Positions 20,866 to 32,179 are shown, counted from the stretch's first letter. The stretch is DNA of 57,649 nucleotides from Nostocales cyanobacterium (GCA_004292695.1 RDXV01000010.1:1-57649); one strand, 5' to 3'. The notes: a model not told the origin generated them from the letters alone. Numbers and translations are program-made.

Positions 20866-21564
20866 ATGAAAACAAAATTACTATTACCACATTTATCTAT
20901 CATGACTGAAAATCGCTCCACCGTTCAAAATCTAGCTCAACAATACATCGAAGCAGATCAACCGACAGCATGGTTTGAAGTGCTTTACTCCCAAGCTAAT
21001 AACGATGAAAAACTGATTCCTTGGGCAGATATGAAACCTAATCATAACCTAGTACAATGGTTAGATGATCATAAAATTCAAACTCCAGGAAAAACAGCAT
21101 TAGTCATTGGTTGTGGTTTGGGAGATGACGCAGAAGAATTATCAAAACGTGGTTTTAATGTCACAGCTTTTGATATTTCTCCCTCAGCAATAGAATGGTG
21201 TAAACAGAGATTTCCTGATTCTTCAGTTAATTATCAAGTAGCTGATTTATTAAATCCTCCTAGTGAATGGAAGCAAAATTTTGATTTTATTTTAGAATCC
21301 TATACTTTGCAATCATTACCCCCATCATTAAGTAACCAAGCTATTGATATAATAGCAAAATTTCTATCTGCTCAAGGAACATTATTAATTATTTGCAGAG
21401 GTAGAAACCCAGAAGATAAACTAGATAAAGTCCCTTATCCGCTCACTAAAAATGATGTTATGAAATTTGTAGATATAGGTTTATCATTAGTTGATTTTGA
21501 GGACTATTTTGATCACCTAGATTCACAACCAACTAGGAGATTTAGAATTACTTTCACAAAATAA
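20866..21564 (+). CDS. class I SAM-dependent methyltransferase
   Basis: VIGCGLGDDAEEL glycine-rich motif I followed by an acidic motif II. Confidence 0.7.
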   Translation: MKTKLLLPHLSIMTENRSTVQNLAQQYIEADQPTAWFEVLYSQANNDEKLIPWADMKPNHNLVQWLDDHKIQTPGKTALVIGCGLGDDAEELSKRGFNVTAFDISPSAIEWCKQRFPDSSVNYQVADLLNPPSEWKQNFDFILESYTLQSLPPSLSNQAIDIIAKFLSAQGTLLIICRGRNPEDKLDKVPYPLTKNDVMKFVDIGLSLVDFEDYFDHLDSQPTRRFRITFTK

Positions 21565-21613
21565 GTTAACTAATTTTGCTTAGTTTTGTTGGGTTTCCTA
21601 TTGTCAACCCAAC

Positions 21614-23035
21614 CTACAAACTTATTAAACTTTTATTTACTATCTGTAATCTCAATCTTTCATTCTCAATTCTTAACCTCTCATTTTCCTGTTCTAACGT
21701 CATTACCATTTCTTGCAATTCTTCAACCTTAGATTTTTTCTTAATTGCTTCCTCAATTGCAACCTTGCGATTTTCTAAACTAAACCACTTTTGATAAATC
21801 GAAGTGTGCATATTCACAGAATGACCTAAATTATCAGCAGCAGCTTTAATCGGAATCCCCATTAAATGCGCTCGAATTGCCCAAGCATGACGTAAATCAT
21901 AAGGTTGAAAATTCACACCCACAAATCTAAACCATCTATCTGTACCATGTCGCGCTGCATTAATTTCTTTACTGGTTATTTTATCTTGAATTTTCATTTT
22001 TAATAACTCAATTGCTTCTAAATCTGCCTTTAAATTAAACTCTTCCACCCAACGGGGATATAATGGTAAAGCGTCCCTTCCTCCAGTTTTACATTCTTCA
22101 TTAACTCGCCATGTATTCATGGTATTTTCTGATGATAACCACCAATCTAAATCCGGTTTTACAAATATTTCAATCGGTCTTAAACCATAGGTAGCTAACA
22201 TTCCATAAACCCATCTCCACAATTTCCAATTATTTCTATCATCTCTAGTTATCAACTTACTCGGACGGTTAATGGCGTAATTTTCAAACTTAAAATATTC
22301 TTTTTCGATTTCTGTATCAGTGGGTATATCCCGTTTACGTTTTGCAGTAGTTTTAATTTTTAAATTACTTAATTCAGGAACTTCTAAACCAGAACATTTA
22401 CACAAAACCCGAATTACTTTAATTAACTCATTTTTTACACTATCGGAAGATTGGCAATTTTGCACAGCTTCAATAAAATTAGCATTGATTGCTAATTTAT
22501 CCTTGGGTAAATGTTTTTGGGCAATATAAAAATAACTACTAAAAGTATTTTCACTTTTTAAAGTACGTTTCCGAGTTTGAAAATAATTTTTCTCAAAATC
22601 TGCAACTAAATCACCAATGGTTTTTAAACTAGCTTTAATCCGAGTTTTTCCTAAATATTTATCAGTCCATTGAAATTGTTTTCTAGCAATTAACTTTCCT
22701 AACTCATAAGATTCTTCTTCCGCAGTATTTAAACCATCAAAATTAAAAGGAATACCCAAGGAAATATCATATTGTTTTGTACCGCTACCGTTTTTATCAA
22801 TATCTCCTGGTTTAATAGGTAAAGTGCATCTCAACTGTAAGGAATTTCCAGATTTGCGGATATAAACACCAACATTTGCCGCCTTTAATCTAACATTAAT
22901 TGCTTTTAATTCTGTGGTTAATTTTGCTGTTAGATGATTTTCTTGTTCATTTACTGCTTGCATTCTACCTAAATATCCCCCATCGGTAATAGCTGTTTGG
23001 TGAAAATCGGCAAATGCTTCCTGTGTTCTGTCCAT
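21614..23035 (-). CDS. xisA: XisA-family site-specific tyrosine recombinase (nifH element)
   Basis: 473 aa (XisA is ~472 aa) with a C-terminal RHAWAIRAHLMGIPIKAAADNLGHS...HTSIYQKW catalytic R-H-R-Y region; paralogous to ORFs 36789..38090 and 40199..41587. Confidence 0.85.
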   Translation of the reverse strand: MDRTQEAFADFHQTAITDGGYLGRMQAVNEQENHLTAKLTTELKAINVRLKAANVGVYIRKSGNSLQLRCTLPIKPGDIDKNGSGTKQYDISLGIPFNFDGLNTAEEESYELGKLIARKQFQWTDKYLGKTRIKASLKTIGDLVADFEKNYFQTRKRTLKSENTFSSYFYIAQKHLPKDKLAINANFIEAVQNCQSSDSVKNELIKVIRVLCKCSGLEVPELSNLKIKTTAKRKRDIPTDTEIEKEYFKFENYAINRPSKLITRDDRNNWKLWRWVYGMLATYGLRPIEIFVKPDLDWWLSSENTMNTWRVNEECKTGGRDALPLYPRWVEEFNLKADLEAIELLKMKIQDKITSKEINAARHGTDRWFRFVGVNFQPYDLRHAWAIRAHLMGIPIKAAADNLGHSVNMHTSIYQKWFSLENRKVAIEEAIKKKSKVEELQEMVMTLEQENERLRIENERLRLQIVNKSLISL

Positions 23036-23106
23036 ACCCTAGATTTACCCTAATAAAAAAACTGTTCACTCCAGACAATGATTACCGCAAACATAGTCTA
23101 AAATGA

Positions 23107-23607
<501 letters not shown>

Positions 23608-23744
23608 TATTCAGTAATCAAGGAATAGGAAAAAGGAACTCTCTACATCACTTCCTTTTTACCTTTCTTTCCTGAACAAGCTTGGGGATTAACCTCCCCA
23701 TCTCTACCTAAACAATATCTATAAAGAGCTAACAGAGGCTAAAC

Positions 23745-25107
23745 ATGACTCCTCCAGACAACAAGAACATTGTTGAAGAAAGAAAAGAACTAATTCAAGA
23801 AGTTCTTAAAGCTTATCCAGAAAAAGCTGCTAAGAAACGTGCAAAACATTTAAACGTACACGAAGAAGGTAAGTCTGATTGTGGTGTTAAATCTAACATC
23901 AAATCCTTACCTGGTGTAATGACCGCTCGTGGTTGTGCTTATGCAGGTTCTAAGGGTGTGGTTTGGGGTCCTATTAAGGACATGATTCACATCAGTCATG
24001 GTCCTGTAGGTTGCGGTTACTGGTCTTGGTCTGGTCGTCGTAACTACTACTTAGGTACTACAGGTGTTGATACCTTCGGTACTATGCACTTCACTTCTGA
24101 CTTCCAAGAACGCGACATCGTGTTCGGTGGTGACAAGAAGTTATTGAAAATGATCCAAGAGATCGATGAGTTATTCCCCTTAAACCGTGGTGTTTCCGTT
24201 CAATCTGAATGTCCCATCGGTCTAATTGGTGATGACATCGAAGCTGTTTCTAAGAAAGCTGCTAAGGAAATTGGTAAACCTGTAATTCCTGTACGTTGCG
24301 AAGGTTTCCGTGGTGTGTCTCAGTCTTTGGGTCACCACATCGCTAACGACCAAATCCGTGACTGGGTATTCCCAAGAGCAGATCAAGCTAAGAAAGATGG
24401 TACTCTCAAGTTTGAATCTACTCCTTACGACGTAGCAATCATCGGTGACTATAACATCGGTGGTGACGCTTGGGCAAGCCGTATCTTATTAGAAGAAATT
24501 GGTTTGCGTGTTGTTGCTCAGTGGTCTGGTGACGGTACTATCAATGAGATGTTGTTGACTCCTAATGTGAAGATCAACCTCATCCACTGCTATCGTTCTA
24601 TGAACTATATCAGCCGTCACATGGAAGAAGCTTATGGTATTCCCTGGATGGAATATAACTTCTTCGGACCTACCAAGATTGCTGAATCTTTAAGAGCGAT
24701 CGCTGCTAGATTCGATTCTAAGATCCAAGAAAACGCTGAAAAAGTAATTGCTAAGTACCAACCCACAATGGATGCGATCACTGCTAAGTATCGCCCCCGT
24801 TTGGAAGGTAAGACAGTTGCAATGATGGTTGGTGGTTTACGTCCCCGTCACGTTGTACCCGCTTTCCAAGACTTAGGTATGAAGTTAGTAGGTACTGGTT
24901 ATGAGTTCGCTCATAACGACGACTATAAACGTACTACTCACTACATCGAAAACGGTACTATCGTTTATGACGACGTAACCGCTTTTGAATTTGAAGAGTT
25001 CATCAAACACTTGAACCCTGACTTAGTTGCTTCTGGTGTGAAAGAGAAGTACGTATTCCAAAAGATGGGTCTTCCTTTCCGTCAAATGCACTCTTGGGAT
25101 TACTCCG
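23745..25107 (+). CDS. nifD: nitrogenase MoFe protein alpha NifD, 5' segment (codons 1-454), interrupted
   Basis: Canonical NifD up to ...[10 protein letters not shown], then the divergent tail [10 protein letters not shown] and a stop at 25139. Confidence 0.9.
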
Positions 25108-25367
25108 AACTTGATAATATTGGTTCAAAGATGCGATAATTTCAGGTTTTTTAATTGGCGATTTTTGAGATTTTAATTTTTAGCCTAAATTGATTTCATT
25201 ATGTTCTATCATAACATTGTTTATAAATAACTGCAAGTATTAAACTTCTGATTTTATCAAGGTGTTAGGGAGTTGTAAGTTTTTGATTTTTGGTGATTTG
25301 GTTAATTTTGATAACTTTTTGTGGTTGGTTTTTCTTAGACTAAAATCCTGACAATAATCAATCACAT

Positions 25368-25421
25368 CCTGTAAATCCTAAAATCCTGGACATCCTGATT
25401 CAGACAAATACTGTATAATAC
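25368..25421 (+). promoter_or_regulatory. ~55-bp repeat module CCTGTAAATCCTAAAATCCTGGACATCCTGATTCAGACA with TGTATAAT extended -10
   Basis: One of five copies (25368, 35664, 53389 inverted, 55611, 56242); here ~40 bp upstream of a Uma2 gene. Confidence 0.6.
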
Positions 25422-25458
25422 TAATTAACCAAAATTTCTATATTGGGAGTAAAAAAAT

Positions 25459-26043
25459 ATGCCCATCATGACAATTAAAGATGTGGAAAAACTCCAAACC
25501 GCTATCAATGAAGCTGGTTTAGATTATGATGTAGAATTAGAAAACGGAAATATTTCTATTATGGGTCCATCGGATATAGTTTCTAGTGAAATTGGTATTC
25601 TTTTTAGCCGACTATTAGCAAACTGGGTTTATCCCCGTCGTTTAGGAAGAGTTTTTGATTCTGCGGGTGGTTTTATTTTACCAGATAGCAATTTAACTGC
25701 TCCCGATGTTTCTTTTGTCCGTGCTGCAAGGTTGCGCCAAAGTCCCCGTTATTTTGGTGAACTTGTACCTGATTTAGTAGTAGAAATTAAATCTCAAAGT
25801 GATAGAATTAAAACCTTAGAAAAGAAAGTTATCAATTTTATTAATTTGGGTGCAGTGGTGGGAATTTTAATTGATCCTGATGAAGAAACTGTAACTGTTT
25901 ATCTTTCTCAAGGTGAACCTGTTGTTTTTCAAAACAATGATATTTTAACTTTACCTGAACTTTTACCTGGTTGGGAATTACCTATTTCTGAATTATGGCC
26001 TCCTGTTTTTACTGAAGAAGAAATACAAGATGCAGGACAATAG
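25459..26043 (+). CDS. Uma2-family putative endonuclease
   Basis: DVSFV...PDLVVEIKSQSD PD-(D/E)XK-like core. Confidence 0.7.
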   Translation: MPIMTIKDVEKLQTAINEAGLDYDVELENGNISIMGPSDIVSSEIGILFSRLLANWVYPRRLGRVFDSAGGFILPDSNLTAPDVSFVRAARLRQSPRYFGELVPDLVVEIKSQSDRIKTLEKKVINFINLGAVVGILIDPDEETVTVYLSQGEPVVFQNNDILTLPELLPGWELPISELWPPVFTEEEIQDAGQ

Positions 26044-26108
26044 AAGGATTCAGCTACAAGTAATCAGTTAATAAAAACAAGAATCAAGATTGATAACTAT
26101 ATTGTTTC

Positions 26109-26699
26109 TTATTCAAAAACTACACCTTCATAAAGTATGTCAATAGGAAATTCAAATTCAATACTAGAGAAAGTGATCATATCCCCTATTGTATAGGGAT
26201 AGTAAAGCCACATTCTTCCTTCTCCACGACAATATCTTTCAACATATATTTTTTCAGAATCAATTAAAATATATTCTTGTAAACTAGGAATTGTTAAATA
26301 ATATCTGAATTTTTCCTCTCTATCTCTATTACTTGTACTAGGAGAAAGCACTTCAACAATTAATTTAGGATATTGAATAAATTTCCGAGCTTTGATATCT
26401 TCAGGATGACAACTAACAATTAAGTCAGGGTAAAAATAAGGACTTTGAGGACTAACTTGAACTTTCACATCTGACACATTAACTCGACAACCTTGAGGAT
26501 GGAGATGAGAATATAAAGGTCTGTAAAGATTGAGCGCAATATCATTATGGGGAATTGTACCACCTGTCATGGCAAAAACTTCACCGTTGATATATTCATA
26601 ACGAATATCTTGGTTAAGTTCCCATACAAAATATTCCTCAATGGTCATTTTTTCTGGTTGTTGAGATATTGCTATCATATCAAACTCCAATTTTTTCAA
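26109..26699 (-). CDS. Uma2-family putative endonuclease
   Basis: MTIEEY...ELNQDIRYEYINGEV...YPDLIVSC...LIVEVLSPST. Confidence 0.7.
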   Translation of the reverse strand: MKKLEFDMIAISQQPEKMTIEEYFVWELNQDIRYEYINGEVFAMTGGTIPHNDIALNLYRPLYSHLHPQGCRVNVSDVKVQVSPQSPYFYPDLIVSCHPEDIKARKFIQYPKLIVEVLSPSTSNRDREEKFRYYLTIPSLQEYILIDSEKIYVERYCRGEGRMWLYYPYTIGDMITFSSIEFEFPIDILYEGVVFE

Positions 26700-26773
26700 G
26701 TTGGTTTTAATTATAGCAATAAAAAATAATAGATCCCCGAATTCTTTAATAACTTAGGGATCTTTATGTTTAA

Positions 26774-28369
26774 TTACTCTCGATTCATTCTAATCAAATC
26801 TGTTAAAATACTATCCAAACTCCCATTAACTTGAATCTTCTCAATCTTCTCCGCAATACGTTCTAAAACCTCCAATTCTTTTAATCTTAACGCCACAGGA
26901 TTATCTTCCATTACCTTAGCAGTATTTAACATACTCCTAGTAGCAGCAGTTTCTTCTCTGCGTCTGACAACATTTGCTTGAGCAGCTTTTTCTGCTTCTA
27001 CAACTTTACTCAAAATCTCCTTAATTTCCCCAGGTAAAATTATATCTTTTACCCCCACAGAATCAACTTCAATTCCATATTCAGACGCTTTTTGTCTAAT
27101 ATATTCTGAGATGCTTCTATCAATCGCTCCCTTATCTTCTAATAGTGCATCTAATGTTCTTTCTCCCACAGCACCGCGCAGAGCAAATTGCAATTCTTTG
27201 TACAAGAAACCTGTAATATCTGATAATCCATTTTTTGCTTTTAAGGGATCTTGAATGCGGAAACCAGCAGTTAAATTTAACCGCAAGGGTACTTTATCTT
27301 TAGATAAAATTTCTTGTCCAGAAACTTCCATATTTTGTAATCTTAAATCAATAGTTTCTGTCTTAAATGATCTGCCAAATATCCACCAAGCATTTACCCC
27401 CGGTTGTAATTGGGTTTGAAATTCTTGATTAATATATAATAATCCAATGTGTTGAGATGGAACTTGACAAATATGTACACAACTACGAATCAAGTTTTTT
27501 ACTTCTGTTGTTCCTTCCACCAATTCAGCAATTAATCGGGGTGATAATTTAGCATCTGTGCTAATATCAATTATTTCTACTTCTACACCTTGCAAAAATA
27601 ATTTTCTGCTTGTAGGTGGTAAAATTGCAATCACTTTTTTACGATATCTGACAACTGCTACCTGAAAATCTAAAAGTTCCACATTTTCACAATAAGCAGC
27701 AACAAATTCAGGATGTTTTTCAATTAAAATATCCTCTAAGGGAAAATCAGGATTAGGTAAAATGCGGCTAATTGTACGTACAGAAACATCTCTATCTATT
27801 GCCCAAAAAGCATATTCACCTTTTTCTAAAGGTTTTACAAAATTGTTCTGTAAATACAACAAACCAATCTCATATTCAGAAATTTGAAATTTTTTAATTC
27901 CATATAAACTAATTCCCCGCAATTGTTGGACAAATATATCGGGTAATTGCAAGGTTTCATCTAAGTTTAAAAAATGAGATTCTACCTCGATAAAACCTCG
28001 CCAAAATGCCCGCAATTGATTAGATCCAATACTTAACCAAGTTTGTCCCCAATGTACTAACGCTGTTTGATTAAATCCGGTTCTAATAATTAATAAATGT
28101 TCTTGAATTTCATTAGCGTGGGATGAACGCAATAATAATTCTAAGTTGTCAATTTCCGCTTCTGGTTCATTGAGATTATATATTCTTACGTTCCAATAAC
28201 GACCAAAATAAGTATATTCACCGGGTGATAATATTTTCTTAAAATCACTGCGGTGATATAAAATGCCAATTTCGTTAGGTTTGATGTAAAAATTTTTCCA
28301 CATAATACTTTGAATCAGTAATTTTATGGGTTGATACCACGAAAGCAATAGGTTTTTTGCACTTTTCAT
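26774..28369 (-). CDS. SPFH/band-7 domain protein with three tandem SPFH-like modules
   Basis: Three repeats each opening with E-IG(I/L)LY...PGE...W, and a C-terminal coiled-coil typical of stomatin/flotillin-like proteins. Confidence 0.55.
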   Translation of the reverse strand: MKSAKNLLLSWYQPIKLLIQSIMWKNFYIKPNEIGILYHRSDFKKILSPGEYTYFGRYWNVRIYNLNEPEAEIDNLELLLRSSHANEIQEHLLIIRTGFNQTALVHWGQTWLSIGSNQLRAFWRGFIEVESHFLNLDETLQLPDIFVQQLRGISLYGIKKFQISEYEIGLLYLQNNFVKPLEKGEYAFWAIDRDVSVRTISRILPNPDFPLEDILIEKHPEFVAAYCENVELLDFQVAVVRYRKKVIAILPPTSRKLFLQGVEVEIIDISTDAKLSPRLIAELVEGTTEVKNLIRSCVHICQVPSQHIGLLYINQEFQTQLQPGVNAWWIFGRSFKTETIDLRLQNMEVSGQEILSKDKVPLRLNLTAGFRIQDPLKAKNGLSDITGFLYKELQFALRGAVGERTLDALLEDKGAIDRSISEYIRQKASEYGIEVDSVGVKDIILPGEIKEILSKVVEAEKAAQANVVRRREETAATRSMLNTAKVMEDNPVALRLKELEVLERIAEKIEKIQVNGSLDSILTDLIRMNRE

Positions 28370-28689
28370 GATCTAAGTGACTTGTAATATTGCATATTAC
28401 AACTATAATAGAAAATTTTTTAAAACTCTGCAAGTGTATATTTTCACAGTGAATAGGTGGACAAAAGCTACTCAAAAACTGGATGAAGATAGTTATTTTC
28501 ACTGAAATACTTGGTAGTAATTCGGATCAAGATAACTAGCAGATATAGCGTTCATTTTGCTACTATTTGAAGGATATACTCAAGTTAGAGAGAAAGGCAG
28601 TTATGCAGACTTATTAACTGTTGCTATTAAACTTCACTCTAGCGAGTTAGGAATAATAGCGAAAAATATACACCACAGAGTTAGTGATA

Positions 28690-28770
28690 ATGCGGAGTCG
28701 AACCGCAGGATTTCTCCTTTACCATTTGCTACCTTAAAAGGGTAGTGTCCTTTAACCTGGACGAGGGCTG
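28690..28770 (-). pseudogene. degenerate tRNA-like remnant (UUU anticodon-arm-like, acceptor stem unpaired)
   Basis: Reverse complement shows a GTCC/GGAC D-stem, a CTACC-CTTTTAA-GGTAG anticodon arm and a GCGG-TTCGACT-CCGC T-arm, but no acceptor pairing. Confidence 0.35.
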
Positions 28771-28771
28771 G

Positions 28772-28861
28772 TTGAAAGTGTAGGATTTGAACCTACAAGC
28801 AGGATGTGAACCTGCAATTTGATCTTGAGTCAAACGCCTCTACCAATTGGGCTAACTTCCG
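28772..28861 (-). tRNA. tRNA-Leu(CAA)-like class II tRNA
   Basis: Manual fold of the reverse complement: acceptor CGGAAGT/ACTTTCA (6 of 7 pairs), 3-bp D-stem with a long D-loop, anticodon arm TTTGA-CTCAAGA-TCAAA (anticodon CAA), long variable hairpin GCAGG-TTCACAT-CCTGC, and T-arm GTAGG-TTCAAAT-CCTAC. Confidence 0.5.
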
Positions 28862-28863
28862 GG

Positions 28864-28935
28864 TTTTTGATACAGGATTTGAACCTGTTCACATTGATTG
28901 AGAGTCAACTGCTCTACCAATTGAGCTAATCAAAA
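28864..28935 (-). tRNA. tRNA-Glu(CUC)-like (atypical all-A/U acceptor stem)
   Basis: The reverse complement folds as a 72-nt cloverleaf: TTTTGAT TA GCTC AATTGGTA GAGC A GTTGA CTCTCAA TCAAT GTGA ACAGG TTCAAAT CCTGT ATCAAAA A. Confidence 0.45.
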
Positions 28936-29102
28936 GATAGCATAATCGGCGGTATACGCTAATACTACTGTATGGCGCACCAGTTAGGTATACAGAACCT
29001 AAGCTATAGCCCATTGTGCTGTAATAATTGTAGCATATTTACAAATGTAAAGGTAAGTGGAGTTAATTTATTTACTGTTTTATGGTGATACTACTATTGC
29101 TC

Positions 29103-29636
29103 CTAACATATTTTTTTCCACTCTTTTGCTTTTTTATCTATTTCTTGAATAAAACTGTCTTTACCATCCATATAACTATTGATATCGTGAGGATATTTTT
29201 TAGCTAGTTCACACTTTAAGTGACTATATTTATGTGCATCTTCTGGATGAGAAATCATGTAATCTCGAAATGCTAAATGGCGTTCTATTTGCACAGAACC
29301 AACTTCAAAAGCATGAAGATGATGTGTTCTAATTCCAGCTTGGTTGTGTTTACGGAAATAACGACGTTTTGGTATTCCAAACTCACCCATATTTTCATAA
29401 CCTAACAATTCTAATTGTACACTTTGTTGATCAATTTTATTAATGTCTTTCACTTCTAGTAAAATGTCTATAATTGGTTTAGCATGAATACCTTCAATCG
29501 CTGTACTACCAATGTGATATACTGCGATTAAATTCTCATCAAGTGCAATTTTCATCTTTTGTGCTTCCTCAAAAAATTCGTTTTTCCAGTTAGGGTTATG
29601 GGGAAATACTTCTACTTTCATATTTAGATTGTTCAT
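29103..29636 (-). CDS. GrpB-family nucleotidyltransferase-fold protein
   Basis: VYHIGSTAIEGIHAKPIIDILLEV typical of GrpB (UPF0157). Confidence 0.65.
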   Translation of the reverse strand: MNNLNMKVEVFPHNPNWKNEFFEEAQKMKIALDENLIAVYHIGSTAIEGIHAKPIIDILLEVKDINKIDQQSVQLELLGYENMGEFGIPKRRYFRKHNQAGIRTHHLHAFEVGSVQIERHLAFRDYMISHPEDAHKYSHLKCELAKKYPHDINSYMDGKDSFIQEIDKKAKEWKKIC

Positions 29637-29716
29637 GGATATCCATGTTTCAATTCAATGTTTTAATTTGGAGTTAAATTTTGGGGTTTGATAATTGAAA
29701 AACTAAATTTTCTTGG

Positions 29717-30997
29717 TTATTGGTAAATAGGAATTTGAATTGTAAATTTTGTACCTTTGCCAAAGGTTGAATCACAATTTAGTTTACCTCTATGTCTTTC
29801 AGTAACAATTTGATAACTAATAGACATTCCTATTCCTGTTCCTTTACCTACAGGTTTGGTGGTAAAAAAAGGATTCATTATGTTTTGTTTGATATCTTCT
29901 CTCATACCTATACCATTATCTGCAATAATAATTTCTACATATTGAGAATCTAAAAAGCTAGTTTTGATATTAATTACTCCTTGATAGTCTTCATTGGTTT
30001 CTCCTAATTTATAGTGATTTATATTTTGTTCTATAGCATCAATAGCATTGACTAAGATGTTCATAAATACTTGATTCATTTCTCCTGCATAGCACTCTAA
30101 TAATGGTAGTTTTCCATAATCTTTTACTACTTCAATATCCAATAAGCGATGTTTTAAGATCATTAATGTACTATCAATACCTTCATGGATATCTACGGAC
30201 TTAAATTCTGCTTCATCCATCCGGGAAAAAGTTCGTAATGATAAAACAATTTGTCGGATACGTTGAGTACCAACACTCATAGAGTTAATCATTTTTGGTA
30301 AATCTTCTTTGATGTATTCTAAATCAATTTCATCTATGAATTCTTGAATTTCTGCATGATCAGATGAATTATGTCTTTGATATAATTCAATCAGTTTTAT
30401 TAAGTTATTTGCGTAATCTTGGAAAGGTTCAATATTTCCATGTATAAAGTTTATGGGGTTATTAATTTCATGAGCTACTCCTGCTACTAATTGTCCCAAA
30501 CTTGACATTTTTTCAGAATGGATCATTTGAGTTTGAGTTGCTTTTAATTCTTGTAATGTTTTTTCTAAATCTTCTGCTTGTTGACGCAGTTTTGCTTCTA
30601 ATTTTTTACGATTATTAATATCTCTAGCTACTACAACTACACTATCCTCACCCATAGCGGCTATACTAGCTTCAAACCAAATTTCTTGATCAGCAATAGG
30701 TAAACTATATTCTATTTTTAAAGTTTTTTTGGTTGCAAGTGCTTCTTGAATACAAGAGAAAACACGATCTGCAAAATCTTGAGGTAGAACATCATGCATG
30801 GTTTTACCTAATATTTCCATAGGAGGTTTATATAGAGAAGGAGCGCTACTAGGGGCAATTTTTAAATATCTTCCTTCGGAACTTAAAACCAGAATTACAT
30901 CTTGAATTGCATTGAATAATGCTAACAATTCTATTTGAGAATTTGTCACTTCTGATGTATGGTGTTGAGATTCCATATCAACCGATTCTAAACTCAT
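29717..30997 (-). CDS. sensor histidine kinase (PAS - HisKA - HATPase_c)
   Basis: H-box AHEINNP and N/G1/G2 boxes (NAIDA, DNGIGM, GTGIGM); N-terminal PAS-like region; no transmembrane segments. Confidence 0.8.
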   Translation of the reverse strand: MSLESVDMESQHHTSEVTNSQIELLALFNAIQDVILVLSSEGRYLKIAPSSAPSLYKPPMEILGKTMHDVLPQDFADRVFSCIQEALATKKTLKIEYSLPIADQEIWFEASIAAMGEDSVVVVARDINNRKKLEAKLRQQAEDLEKTLQELKATQTQMIHSEKMSSLGQLVAGVAHEINNPINFIHGNIEPFQDYANNLIKLIELYQRHNSSDHAEIQEFIDEIDLEYIKEDLPKMINSMSVGTQRIRQIVLSLRTFSRMDEAEFKSVDIHEGIDSTLMILKHRLLDIEVVKDYGKLPLLECYAGEMNQVFMNILVNAIDAIEQNINHYKLGETNEDYQGVINIKTSFLDSQYVEIIIADNGIGMREDIKQNIMNPFFTTKPVGKGTGIGMSISYQIVTERHRGKLNCDSTFGKGTKFTIQIPIYQ

Positions 30998-31231
30998 AAT
31001 TTTTACCTTTTGATTAATACTTATGTAAAAATACTGTGGGGGTTTAATGAATCGAAATCTTGAGTTTTAATACTGTCAATTGTACACAGTGTCCTAATAA
31101 TATCACTTGTAAATATTACTAAAAATTTTTTCTCCAATCCTTTGCTTTTATATATATTTCTTTAATAACCCCATCTTTTCTATCCTGTTTACCAAGATTG
31201 TATTTCATAAAATATCCTCATCTATGATTGC

Positions 31232-31584
31232 CATTTATCCACTGTATCCATAGCATGATTTAACCATTGCTGATACCATTTTAGAAAGTCTTTTTGTACT
31301 GGTGATTTATGATCAAATTCCGGCAACCAACCCTCTCCAGCAACCCAGATTTTACCACATTGCTCACCACTAATAACTAATATCGTCATCCAACCACATC
31401 CTCGATGACTGACAGGAAAACAACCATTAAGAGGATAATCAGCTTCTATAAAATAATACTCATCTGTTTCTACATTTATTCTTCATTTATGTTTCTGTGA
31501 ACCAAAAACTGCATGATGAAATCGGGGATCTTTTTCTTGCAGTAGCGCTAATTTTTGGCGAATTTCTTGAAAAATGGCTCTCAT
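31232..31584 (-). pseudogene. frameshifted gene remnant (two ORF fragments)
   Basis: MRAIFQEIRQKLALLQEKDPRFHH...stop, then a shifted frame continuing ...GCGWMTILVISGEQCGKIWVAGEGWLPEFDHK...; no intact ORF. Confidence 0.4.
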
Positions 31585-31600
31585 TTTATTTTCTTTGCCT

Positions 31601-32179
31601 TTAATCAGGATAAGCTAAACCTGTGCGTGGATCACGAATATATAAACCTAGTGTTAAACTCCGCATCACTTCATCCCAAATAGGTGTTAATTGTTCTGCT
31701 TGATCCGCCCAATAATCAAAGGTGATTAAACACTGAATATTTGAACCTAAACCTACACAAATTCTAGAATATGCTTCTCTAGGTTCTGCTTGAGTGTCAA
31801 TAAATTTAATTTGTCCCCATATTATTTTGGCGGTTTGCCGTTTAACTTGAATTATTTCCCCTGTTTCTATGACATCTCTACTATCATCTTCAATGACTTT
31901 TTTTAAGGTACGTTTGAGGGGAAATAATGTCCAATCATTGGGGGGTAAATGATTATAGGAAACTTCTAAACAACAATCATCATCGGGGGGTTGTTTATCT
32001 CTAAATTTAAAGGATTTTTCTTGGGGTTCAAATACCCAATTTTGGGGAACGTTAAACCGTACTGCACCCCTACCCGCGACAAATATTTTATAATCTTCCG
32101 GTCCTTCCCAGTGATGGTTCGGATCTAATTCTAGGGTTTCTTTAATCCATTGCAGGTTATTTTTTTTACGTTTAGACAT
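31601..32179 (-). CDS. hypothetical protein
   Basis: 192-aa ORF with no family assignment. Confidence 0.4.
   Translation of the reverse strand: MSKRKKNNLQWIKETLELDPNHHWEGPEDYKIFVAGRGAVRFNVPQNWVFEPQEKSFKFRDKQPPDDDCCLEVSYNHLPPNDWTLFPLKRTLKKVIEDDSRDVIETGEIIQVKRQTAKIIWGQIKFIDTQAEPREAYSRICVGLGSNIQCLITFDYWADQAEQLTPIWDEVMRSLTLGLYIRDPRTGLAYPD

Noticed and set aside
22320-22529. 69-aa plus-strand ORF inside the xisA-like gene
   Set aside because: Antisense shadow ORF.
28557-28745. 62-aa plus-strand ORF
   Set aside because: Overlaps the minus-strand tRNA-like remnant region. A coding interpretation is not supported.
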